A stretch of 64,000 nucleotides of DNA from Candidatus Amesbacteria bacterium RIFCSPLOWO2_01_FULL_48_25 (GTDB lineage Bacteria; Patescibacteriota; Microgenomatia; CAZETR01; Amesbacteraceae). A program made the position numbers and the translations under genes. How positions within the stretch are numbered: position 1 is the first letter of the stretch; each line of letters opens with the position of its first letter. Of this stretch, positions 56,068 through 64,000 are shown piece by piece. The DNA is taken from the NCBI GenBank assembly GCA_001773695.1, contig MEXN01000007.1, positions 115,204 through 179,203 of the forward strand, read 5' to 3'. The notes beneath the pieces are model-generated. The model was not told the origin of the DNA and made no database searches. It saw nothing but the letters and a program-made list of their open reading frames with translations.

Positions 56068-58076
56068 GGTAATGGTGTCTGAAAACCAAGTTCCACTTGG
56101 GAAAAGGTGGGGTTATTATATCGGAGTATCCCCGGCTTGGCAAACGAGGGGGGTTGAACCGCGGATAGTGTAATTTCCGGTGGATATTTAATTTCTATAT
56201 CTTGGACAGAGGTGACCCCGGGCTGGCGAGGTATGACCAATGTGTAGTTTGTTAACTTACGTTTGGAGTGCACGTTGATCTTGATGAGAGTTGCGGATTT
56301 AGTCACTGAGTCGAGATCAAGGCTAATCTCCTGGAAGCCGGGTTGGGACAAAAGGGAATACGAGCTGTCTAATAGTTTCTGTCCATTTATTTCAAGATCG
56401 TCTATAACTGCGGACGTTGGCAGTTGCAGACGAAATAATATTGAGGTGGCGGACTGGTCCGGAATTTGAGGAATATCAAAGTCAAGTAAGTATGTGGTCT
56501 GATCGGCTTGAAATTCAACAGTTACTTTTTGGTTGAGGACGGGCTTGGAATTGATTGCTTGAGTGAAGGTGAGTGTGGGATAGAATACGTCCTGGGTGGG
56601 TGAAACTATCGGGTCTGCCCAGGAGGCAAGAATCGGCAGGGGGAGGGTAGGGGAAATACTAGTGATCAGCGCCTGGTGGTTGGCGGCTAAAATGAAAAAA
56701 TTTTGAGCTACAAAACCAAGCTGACCTGGTGACAGAGTCCTTAGTTTATCGATGGCGGAAGTAGTAATTTGAGTAAACAATTGGCTTTTAGCTTCGGGTG
56801 AGCTGGCAGTAAGCTTTGGGTTTTCCAGTCCAATGTCAGCCAGTATTTGAGACAGTGTCGAGGTCTCTATAGCGATCACCAATTCAGGTTGAAACTTAAG
56901 CTCACGGGAAATGAACCAGCTGGCTGCCTGAGCCGACTGAAGAAATGATGAACCCCAGAGCGAATTTCCTAATGACCAACGACTGGTGGGTGTTCTTTTT
57001 GTAAAATCGGCCGGAGAGTCGGGGATTCCCGACATCTGCCGATCCAGCGAGTCGGCGGAATGAACCCGAATTTGGGATAAGCGGCCTTGGGATAGGGTGA
57101 AGGTTATCAGAGCTTGAACCGTGCCCCCTGACGGTCGCGCTTGGGATGAATCTAAAACCAAGATTACGCCATCTATACCGGAAGAGGTTGAAAGAAGGGA
57201 GTTAATCTCCGGAAGTAGAGATTCAAATTTTTTAACATGGGCTAGAATATTCCATTCTATGGACAAAAGATCGAATTGTTTCTTTTGATCTGTGACTGCG
57301 TACCTGGGAAGCGGTTGTGCCAGAAGATCCAAATAGACCTTTTGAGAAATTTCCTCAAATAGAGTTTGAGTCCGAATTATATTTGGGGGGGGAAGCCCCG
57401 GTTTTAGGACGCTAGCCACGACGCCTCCAATTTCGTCTCGAAAGACTCCTAGGCTCCTGGTTGTTTGGATAAGAGCTAATGGCCGAGAGATAATGGTTGG
57501 GTATTTGATATTTAGCGTGTCGGCCAATTTAGTTAAATAAGTTTCGACTGCATTTACTACTGAGTAGCATGCCTTTGATTTAGACTCGGACAAGGCCAGA
57601 GCCTGGCGCATACAAGTGGAAACAGTTAGCAGGGTGATGATTAATATCGCTATTAAAAAAATGGCTGGAATGATCGAGTAGCGAAATTTTTTTGGATTGG
57701 TGGGGGAGATCAGTTTTAGTATCTGCAATTTTTTTTGAACGAATCGTGGTACCAGGCTGTCCGGGAGTAATTTTGGAAGCGAGATGAGTTGATAGTCGAT
57801 AGGATTCGTTCTTGTTATTTTATAAATTTCCTTCTGAATGTCAGGAAGATCACGTCCGGGGCAGAAAATTAGTAATTTAGATTTGCTTGCTTGCGATACT
57901 TTTATTGATGAGAAAAAGAGATCGTATTGCTTGTGTAAACTCTTTAACACCAGCAAAATATAATCAGGTGGGTTTTTTATGTGGCCAGAGGGAATGTTTG
58001 ATTTGGAATTTAAAGTTAAAAATTTAGGAGAATTTACTTCGTGAGAAACTAATATCGTATGTACTTTTCGACCCAT
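56064..58076 (-). CDS. Large membrane-anchored protein, DUF4012-like (divergent)
   Basis: ARPSGG, W.LGNSLW..SF, RQPG motifs. Confidence 0.55.
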   Translation of the reverse strand: MGRKVHTILVSHEVNSPKFLTLNSKSNIPSGHIKNPPDYILLVLKSLHKQYDLFFSSIKVSQASKSKLLIFCPGRDLPDIQKEIYKITRTNPIDYQLISLPKLLPDSLVPRFVQKKLQILKLISPTNPKKFRYSIIPAIFLIAILIITLLTVSTCMRQALALSESKSKACYSVVNAVETYLTKLADTLNIKYPTIISRPLALIQTTRSLGVFRDEIGGVVASVLKPGLPPPNIIRTQTLFEEISQKVYLDLLAQPLPRYAVTDQKKQFDLLSIEWNILAHVKKFESLLPEINSLLSTSSGIDGVILVLDSSQARPSGGTVQALITFTLSQGRLSQIRVHSADSLDRQMSGIPDSPADFTKRTPTSRWSLGNSLWGSSFLQSAQAASWFISRELKFQPELVIAIETSTLSQILADIGLENPKLTASSPEAKSQLFTQITTSAIDKLRTLSPGQLGFVAQNFFILAANHQALITSISPTLPLPILASWADPIVSPTQDVFYPTLTFTQAINSKPVLNQKVTVEFQADQTTYLLDFDIPQIPDQSATSILFRLQLPTSAVIDDLEINGQKLLDSSYSLLSQPGFQEISLDLDSVTKSATLIKINVHSKRKLTNYTLVIPRQPGVTSVQDIEIKYPPEITLSAVQPPSFAKPGILRYNNPTFSQVELGFQTPLP

Positions 58077-58150
58077 GCCTGGTTTGAAAATTTTTTGAGC
58101 TTGGAATAACTCTTATAAGATAATTACACTTTATAACATGAAACCAAAAA

Positions 58151-58573
58151 TTAAAAATTTGCCTTGTTTAAGGTCAGGTTGACCAGTTCGTCTGCTGGAG
58201 AATTTTGCTCCCTGGGGATGTATATAAAGTTAGCAATATTTGATTTACCACTTTCTATTAAATTTTTAATTTCTAAATATTTAAGTTTTAAAATTGTGTC
58301 TTTTATTTTGTATAACCCCTTTAGTTGGTTCACGACGAGAAGAGAGTCGAGATAGTAGTTTACCAGTTGATCAGTTTTACAGTTGTTCAGTAACCATTTT
58401 AGTGATTCGATCACTGCTTGATATTCGGCCTGGTTGTTGGTAGCAGTGCCTAAGTAGAATCCCTGTTTGTGAAGAGTTTTCCCTGTAGAGTCTCGGACTA
58501 CAAAGGCGGAGGCCGCTGGCCCAGGATTGCCGCGGGCACCGCCGTCACAAAAAATACTTAGGGAGTTGTTCAT
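58151..58573 (-). CDS. rnhA: Ribonuclease HI
   Basis: DGGARGNPGPA, TNNQAEY, DSLLVVNQ, IPREQN..AD. Confidence 0.93.
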   Translation of the reverse strand: MNNSLSIFCDGGARGNPGPAASAFVVRDSTGKTLHKQGFYLGTATNNQAEYQAVIESLKWLLNNCKTDQLVNYYLDSLLVVNQLKGLYKIKDTILKLKYLEIKNLIESGKSNIANFIYIPREQNSPADELVNLTLNKANF

Positions 58574-58578
58574 AGTAC

Positions 58579-59802
58579 TTAGTGCTTAGTACTTAGGTTT
58601 TTAGATTGTATATAAATAAGTGACATTAAGATAGTTAGCAGTAGGGTGTTTTGGTGCAGAGTAACCCAATAGTGATCAGCCGCTCCTGTTATTAAGATAA
58701 CCAGAAGCGGAATTTTCAATTTCCTATTTTCAATTTCGATCCATTGATCGCGCTTTGCGAGCAAATAATTTTCAATAATCCAATATCCAATCACCAAAAG
58801 CGCCGGGAGGCCGAGTTCGGAAGCTAGGAGGAGATAAATATTGTGAACCGGTTGTGAAGATAGAGAATAGGGCATAGCGAATAGGTGGTAGGGAGAGGGG
58901 ATGAAGTTGCCGAGACCGACGCCCAGTACAGGATGATTTTTGATAAGTGTGATCGATTTGCCGATAAGAAATAGGCGCTCTGATAAGGAAGAGGGGTTGC
59001 CGGGAATTAGAGTAGAAGAGAAGAAGAGGAGAAGAGTCGAAGAAATAGCAAGGCTAATTTTTAACTTTAAACTTTTAATTTTAAATAGCAGCCAGGTTAC
59101 TAAAAGAGCTGCTTCAAAGAGAATTGCGGTTCGGGAAAAGGTGAGGGGAATGGTTAGAGCTGCTAGCACAATAGCAATGCAAGCAAGACCTCTCCCTCTG
59201 GCTCCCTCTCCTGATTCAGGAGAGGGATGGGGTGAGGTTATTAAGTAAATAACGATTAACCCGCTTACTAATAAAAATCCCGCTAGGGCGTTGGGATGGG
59301 GAAGTGTGGCGTATGGGCGGAGGGTAAGACGGCCATCGATGGCGATTTTGGCTATGCCAGGGGTAGTGATATCGAAGCGGCGTTCGCCTAACCAGTAGAG
59401 GAGACCACCAAGAGAACCCTGTTTGAAAAATTGTAACCAGGCGAGAAGGGAGGTCCAGATCACGCTGGCACTCAATGACCAATTTACAATTTTCAATTTC
59501 CAATCAATTTCAAATGTTAAATATTTAAATATCCAAAAATACTCTAATACTCGGAGCCATTTGTAGAGGGCGATAAAAGGAGATTGAGATATTAGGATAT
59601 TAAGTACAACAAAAATAATTGCCCAAAAGGGAATTTTGATTCGCTGGCGTGATATAAGAACCATGGCTAGAATCAGAATGTCCGTGAAGTAGAGAGTGGG
59701 GGAGAGGTAGTCTACGCGCAAGCCATTGACTAGACTCCAGGATGGCCAGAGGTGAAGCGCGAGTTGGGAAGGAAGAAGTAAGACGAGGAGAAAGAGGATC
59801 AC
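58579..59802 (-). CDS. O-antigen ligase-family membrane protein
   Basis: RPYATLPHPNALAG, TFSR, GVGLGNF, PVHNIY. Confidence 0.88.
   Translation of the reverse strand: MILFLLVLLLPSQLALHLWPSWSLVNGLRVDYLSPTLYFTDILILAMVLISRQRIKIPFWAIIFVVLNILISQSPFIALYKWLRVLEYFWIFKYLTFEIDWKLKIVNWSLSASVIWTSLLAWLQFFKQGSLGGLLYWLGERRFDITTPGIAKIAIDGRLTLRPYATLPHPNALAGFLLVSGLIVIYLITSPHPSPESGEGARGRGLACIAIVLAALTIPLTFSRTAILFEAALLVTWLLFKIKSLKLKISLAISSTLLLFFSSTLIPGNPSSLSERLFLIGKSITLIKNHPVLGVGLGNFIPSPYHLFAMPYSLSSQPVHNIYLLLASELGLPALLVIGYWIIENYLLAKRDQWIEIENRKLKIPLLVILITGAADHYWVTLHQNTLLLTILMSLIYIQSKNLSTKH
59188..59238. repeat. In-frame CCCTCTCC..GGAGAGGG element (TSPHPSPESGEGARGRG)
   Basis: 51-nt hairpin between two TM helices. 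Confidence 0.85.
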
Positions 59803-59813
59803 TAGTGTTTATT

Positions 59814-60272
59814 TTACGCTTTAGGACTGATGACCACGGAGCGGGACCGGCCGACGCCTTGCGAGGAGGTAGTGACTTGGGGATGTTCGGCCAAATGGAG
59901 ATGGATGATTCGGCGTTCGTTGGCCGGTAGGGGGGGGAGCATGTGGGGCCGGCCCGTAGAAACGACTTGATCGACAACTGAGTCGGCCAGTGAATGAAGA
60001 GTTGTTTCCCGACGTTCTCTATAGTCGTTGACGTTTAGTGAGAGGTTGAGCCATTTGTCGGTCTTGGTATGAAGGTGTAATCCCAAAATCAACTGCAGGG
60101 CGGAAAGCATGTCTCCATGATACCCAATTAATAAGGCAGGATCTTTTGCGGAGAGGGAAATGTGATAGAGATTGTTTGTACTGTCGTACTGGACAGACAT
60201 TTCCACGCCCCCATACCCAACTTGGGTTAATAGGTCTTGAGCTATCTGACTAACTAATTCAACGTCGTCCAT
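59814..60272 (-). CDS. jag: Jag/KhpB (EloR) KH + R3H RNA-binding protein
   Basis: LIGYHG, NDYRERR, ERRIIH; synteny after yidC. Confidence 0.9.
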   Translation of the reverse strand: MDDVELVSQIAQDLLTQVGYGGVEMSVQYDSTNNLYHISLSAKDPALLIGYHGDMLSALQLILGLHLHTKTDKWLNLSLNVNDYRERRETTLHSLADSVVDQVVSTGRPHMLPPLPANERRIIHLHLAEHPQVTTSSQGVGRSRSVVISPKA

Positions 60273-60274
60273 GG

Positions 60275-61096
60275 CTACTTTTTTAGGGATTTTAACATTC
60301 CCAGTCTTTTGATCCAAGGAGACAGACCTCCCCAACCCAAAGCATAGTATTGCTGAACGAAGCTGACGGCGGAAAAGACCAGCCAGTAAAGTACTAAACC
60401 AGAAGAAAACTGGTAGCCGATGACCAGAGTCATGAGAGGGAACATGTACATCATTTGTTGCTGCATGGCGACGGCTGTATCGTCGGCTTCTGTGGAGGTT
60501 TTTTGAGCTAATTTTTCCTCGGCAGATATAACCGGAGCCATCATTTTGGCCGTAATAAATTGAAGAACCGCGGAGATGATAAGAAACACCCCAGGCAGAC
60601 CGATGGGAAGGCCAGGGAGATTAATAAGATCCGGCTTAGCTAGGTCCAGATAGAAAAAACTGTTGCCAAGGCTAAAATCACTGGGGATGGAGTTAAATGA
60701 ATATAAAGCCGGCGTCAGACGGGTAACCAAATCACCGTTTGATTTTAGGACCAAATTTAATGAGTTAAATAAAGCGATCAAGACCAGGATTTGGATAATT
60801 TGCGGCAGGCAACCGGAGGCTGGGTTGGCGCCGTGTTGCTTATAGAGTTCGGCCTGGGCGGTGAGCATTCCTTGTTTGTCGTCTTTGAATTTTTCTTTAA
60901 GCTTGGCGATTTCTGGGGCCAGGTCTTGCATCTTTTTACTGAGGCGAAGCCCCGGCAAAACTAGAGGGGTCATGGCAGTGCGTAAACCAACAGTGAGCAG
61001 GACTATCGACCAGCCGAGGTTTCCTGTAAGTTTATGAAGCAGGATAAGAATATTGAGTAAGGGATAAAACAAGATTAAATTCCAGAGTTCGATCAT
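60275..61096 (-). CDS. yidC: Membrane protein insertase YidC
   Basis: ELYKQHGANPASGCLP, GLVLYW. Confidence 0.95.
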   Translation of the reverse strand: MIELWNLILFYPLLNILILLHKLTGNLGWSIVLLTVGLRTAMTPLVLPGLRLSKKMQDLAPEIAKLKEKFKDDKQGMLTAQAELYKQHGANPASGCLPQIIQILVLIALFNSLNLVLKSNGDLVTRLTPALYSFNSIPSDFSLGNSFFYLDLAKPDLINLPGLPIGLPGVFLIISAVLQFITAKMMAPVISAEEKLAQKTSTEADDTAVAMQQQMMYMFPLMTLVIGYQFSSGLVLYWLVFSAVSFVQQYYALGWGGLSPWIKRLGMLKSLKK

Positions 61097-61121
61097 AGTA
61101 CTTAGTTACTTGGTTTATTGT

Positions 61122-61331
61122 TCATCGCAATGGGTCAGGGCCACCAGGGGACCAGGGGTGACAACGAACAATCCTTTTGAGCCCCAACCAGACTCCGGGT
61201 AGAATACCATATTTATCTATGGCTTGATAGGTATATTCTGAACATCGGGGAGTGAAGCGGCAAGCAGAATGACTCTCAAGTAGGGGTAACTTTTGATAGA
61301 AACGAATTGAGAGCAGCACTAATTTCCTCAT
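61122..61331 (-). CDS. yidD: Membrane protein insertion efficiency factor YidD
   Basis: [23 protein letters not shown]. Confidence 0.95.
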   Translation of the reverse strand: MRKLVLLSIRFYQKLPLLESHSACRFTPRCSEYTYQAIDKYGILPGVWLGLKRIVRCHPWSPGGPDPLR

Positions 61332-61677
61332 TGTTTAAGTTTAACATTGAGGGATGGGGGTAGATAATACAGTTGACCAGTTGACCAGTTGACCAGTTTT
61401 TCAGTTGATCGTAGATGCGGCGGCGAAGGCGGTTCCTGACCACGGCGAGTTTGTGGAGGCGGGAGGAGGTAACGATCGCGAAACGAGGAAATACCTCACC
61501 CGAACTTCGTTCACCCTTTCCTAATTTCTCCCCTTTGGCTCGTGTCTTCGCCGTAGGAGAGGGTTGGGGAGAGGTTAAATACACTGTGGCGGAGAAATGA
61601 AAAAACTTATAAGTTTTGCCCTGGGATTTCGCAATTAAAAAATCTTTGCGGGAAAGCCGCCTGGATTTTGGAAGCAT
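61276..61677 (-). CDS. rnpA: Ribonuclease P protein component, with in-frame palindromic insertion
   Basis: [18 protein letters not shown] (RNR motif); synteny. Confidence 0.9.
   Translation of the reverse strand: MLPKSRRLSRKDFLIAKSQGKTYKFFHFSATVYLTSPQPSPTAKTRAKGEKLGKGERSSGEVFPRFAIVTSSRLHKLAVVRNRLRRRIYDQLKNWSTGQLVNCIIYPHPSMLNLNNEEISAALNSFLSKVTPT
61494..61574. repeat. Composite 81-nt palindromic element in rnpA
   Basis: cctcacc..ccctttccta..taggagagggttggggagagg with internal inserts. Confidence 0.8.
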
Positions 61678-61686
61678 GAAGATATT

Positions 61687-61824
61687 CTACACCGTAAGGC
61701 GTTTGCGGCCGGTGAGACGGCGACGTTTGAGAAGGTTGCGGCCGGTTCTGGAGGACATGCGAGCCCGGAAGCCATGCTTGCGGGCGCGCTTTATTTTTTT
61801 AGGTTGCCAGGTTCTCTTGGTCAT
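61687..61824 (-). CDS. rpmH: 50S ribosomal protein L34
   Basis: [45 protein letters not shown] (below the ORF-track cutoff). Confidence 0.97.
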   Translation of the reverse strand: MTKRTWQPKKIKRARKHGFRARMSSRTGRNLLKRRRLTGRKRLTV

Positions 61825-61896
61825 ATGATCATTATATCAAATTTTTTGAAATGGCTATTGATAAATTGTTGATAACTTGTATAAATCAGGGGCGAT

Positions 61897-63258
61897 ATGG
61901 ATTTAAATCGAACCTGGGAAGGAGTGTTGGGAGGAATGAAAATGGCGGTATCTGCGCCGACCTTTAATATGTATCTGAAGCAGGCAGAGTTAGTGGACAT
62001 AAACGAAGCAGGGGAGAGAGCGATATGTACTATTGGAATCGGATCGGCAATGGTGAGGGACACACTTGATTTGCGATATAAGGGACAAATTATTCAGGAA
62101 TTGGAGAGGGTGTTGGGGAAAAAATGTGAAGTAATATTTAAGATTGAGAACAGGAGAGCGGGAGAGCGGGAGAGCGTAAGTTTAGCCCTGCCGCTGTTTG
62201 AGGAAAAAAAGAAAGATGGGGATGCGATAAGGCGGGCAAATTTGAGAGTTACCAACACATTTGAAAATTATGCGGTGGGAGGATCCAACCAAATGGCATT
62301 TGCGGCGGCTCAGGCTGTCGCCCGTAAACTAGGGGTGGCTTATAACCCATTGTTTATTTATGGCGGGGTTGGGGTGGGCAAGACCCATTTAATGCAGGCG
62401 ATTGGACATGAGGTGTTGGAGAGTGGAGAAACTCGGGTGTTATTTTGCCCTGGAGAGGAGTTTACCAACGATCTGGTTGAGGCGATCCGGTTTAAGACTA
62501 CGGATAAAGTGCGGGCAAAGTATAGAAAGGTCCGCCTGCTTCTAATTGATGACGTGCAGTTTATTGCCGGGAAGCCCACAGTCCAAGAGGAGTTTTTCCA
62601 TACCTTCAATGCCTTACAGCGAGATGGAGGGCAAGTTGTGATGACTTCGGACCGGATCCCTTCTGAAATTGCCAAGTTGGAAGCAAGACTGCGAAGCCGG
62701 TTCGGGGCGGGATTGATTGTGGATATAGGTCAGCCGGATTTTGAACTTAAAACAGCAATTCTTCTTATTAAGGCCTCGCAAAAAGAGTTGGAATTGCCAA
62801 TGAATTTGGCTCAAATGATCGCTGAAAACGTGGAGGGGGTGAGGGAGTTGGAGGGATTTTTGGCAAGATTAAAAACGGAAATTGAAACCAATAAAAAAAC
62901 TCTATCGGAGGAAATTGTGGCTAGTTTACTGCAGATTCAAAGAAGAGGGACGAGGGAGCGTAAAATCGTGACCCCGAACGAAATATTTGCCCTGGTGGGA
63001 AATTATTTCGGGGTGGGGGTGCAACAGCTAAAAGGAGATCGACGGACAAAAAACATTGTCTGGCCACGGCAAATACTCATGTTTTTACTGCGGAAAGATT
63101 TGGACTTGCCACAGGAAGAAGTGGGGAGATTAGTGGGGGGACGGGATCATAGCACGGTCATTCACGCGACAGAAAAAGTCGAGGCGGCGATGAAGCTGGA
63201 TAATAGGACAGAAGGAGTTATCAACGATTTGAGGAAGAGAATGTTGATAATTAGTTGA
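61897..63258 (+). CDS. dnaA: Chromosomal replication initiator DnaA
   Basis: YNPLFIYGGVGVGKTHL, IDDVQF, QEEFFHTFN, GRDHSTVIHA. Confidence 0.98.
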   Translation: MDLNRTWEGVLGGMKMAVSAPTFNMYLKQAELVDINEAGERAICTIGIGSAMVRDTLDLRYKGQIIQELERVLGKKCEVIFKIENRRAGERESVSLALPLFEEKKKDGDAIRRANLRVTNTFENYAVGGSNQMAFAAAQAVARKLGVAYNPLFIYGGVGVGKTHLMQAIGHEVLESGETRVLFCPGEEFTNDLVEAIRFKTTDKVRAKYRKVRLLLIDDVQFIAGKPTVQEEFFHTFNALQRDGGQVVMTSDRIPSEIAKLEARLRSRFGAGLIVDIGQPDFELKTAILLIKASQKELELPMNLAQMIAENVEGVRELEGFLARLKTEIETNKKTLSEEIVASLLQIQRRGTRERKIVTPNEIFALVGNYFGVGVQQLKGDRRTKNIVWPRQILMFLLRKDLDLPQEEVGRLVGGRDHSTVIHATEKVEAAMKLDNRTEGVINDLRKRMLIIS

Positions 63259-63438
63259 CAGGTTTTTTAATATTTAATAATTAATGTTCAATTTTTAATA
63301 ATAGACAAGTTATTAACAAATTGTTCACGTTTCGGTGATATATAGTGTAAACTAATATTAAACCCGAAAAGTGAATAGGAAAAAATAAAGTTATCTACTT
63401 ATCCACAAGGCCTACTACTATTACTGCTATTTAATGTA
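63242..63438. other. Putative oriC: DnaA boxes, GGCC, DnaA-trios
   Basis: AT-rich gap; TTATCTACT 63391-63399, TTATCCACA 63399-63407, GGCC, then TACTACTATTACTGCTAT; degenerate boxes at 63242, 63310 and 61867. Confidence 0.85.
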
Positions 63439-64000
63439 ATGAAAGTATCTATATTACAGACTGATTTGAATTTAGGACTGGCTACAGTTTCCAGAGTAGT
63501 AACAGCCAAGGGCCAGTTGCCGGTATTGGCTAATGTTTTGGTTGAAGCTGACCGTGGGGGAATATCTCTGACTGCGACTAATTTGGAGTTGGGGTTAAAA
63601 ATGCGAGTGGGAGGAAAAGTCGTTGAGGAGGGGAGTTTGACAGTGCCGGCGAGAAGTTTGGCTGAGTTTGTGACAACGTTGCCTAGTTCATCGTCAGTAG
63701 AAATGGAAGCCGACGGAGATAAATTGAAAATAAAAGCGGGAGGATTTGGGGCGAAATTTGCCGGAATCGCGGCAACGGAATTCCCAGTCTTTGCTAAAGC
63801 TCCAGGTGGGCAAGCCAATATTGCCATTGGCCAAAAAACAATTTTGGACGTGGCGAAGCAAGTGGCGTATGCAGCGGCGGTGGATGAGAGCCGGCCGGTG
63901 TTGACTGGTGTGCAGTTTAAAACTGACCCTTCGGCATCCTTCGGCCACGCTCAGGACAAGGGCTCAGGGCAAGTGTTGGTGGTGACAGCGACAGACGGAT
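63439..64000 (+). CDS. dnaN: DNA polymerase III beta clamp (3'-truncated by window edge)
   Basis: LPVLANVL, ATNLELG, EFP, DESRPVLTGV, ATDG. Confidence 0.96.
   Translation, partial: MKVSILQTDLNLGLATVSRVVTAKGQLPVLANVLVEADRGGISLTATNLELGLKMRVGGKVVEEGSLTVPARSLAEFVTTLPSSSSVEMEADGDKLKIKAGGFGAKFAGIAATEFPVFAKAPGGQANIAIGQKTILDVAKQVAYAAAVDESRPVLTGVQFKTDPSASFGHAQDKGSGQVLVVTATDG
63925..63973 (+). repeat. Nested CCTTCG..GCTCAGG elements in-frame in dnaN
   Basis: GACCCTTCGGCA[TCCTTCGGCCACGCTCAGGACAAG]GGCTCAGGGCAAG. Confidence 0.8.

Overview
Gene-dense, compact bacterial chromosome segment. Gene content and style (scarce Shine-Dalgarno sites, leaderless genes, many GT-C membrane glycosyltransferases, DUF4012, DUF5674, YerC/YecD) suggest Patescibacteria/CPR, probably Microgenomates; this taxonomy is an inference. 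Left to right: a surface-glycosylation cluster, LCP, pcrA, two FemAB-like genes, a helicase-nuclease fusion, rnhB, a PIN/RHH toxin-antitoxin pair, rmuC, an aminopeptidase, a SAM-hydrolase-metG operon, tatD, a second glycosylation cluster, tRNA-Cys, a soluble signalling trio, several Nudix genes, groESL, tsaED, valS, rplY, rnhA and the jag-yidC-yidD-rnpA-rpmH / dnaA-oriC-dnaN region. Main finding: a Met-rich leader peptide (MKLGVYMMAMDSA) with a complete 1:2 / 2:3 / 3:4 attenuator upstream of a DUF62 SAM hydrolase plus metG, a candidate Met-starvation-sensing SAM-to-Met salvage system. Other findings: a (CA)8-frameshifted FkbM methyltransferase (possible phase variation), short palindromic elements inserted in-frame and nested in essential genes, 7/8-mer tandem repeats inside CDSs, pervasive leaderless -10 promoters, and a + strand G-skew that does not fit bidirectional replication from the dnaA-dnaN origin. 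All calls were made by eye from motifs; no database searches were run.
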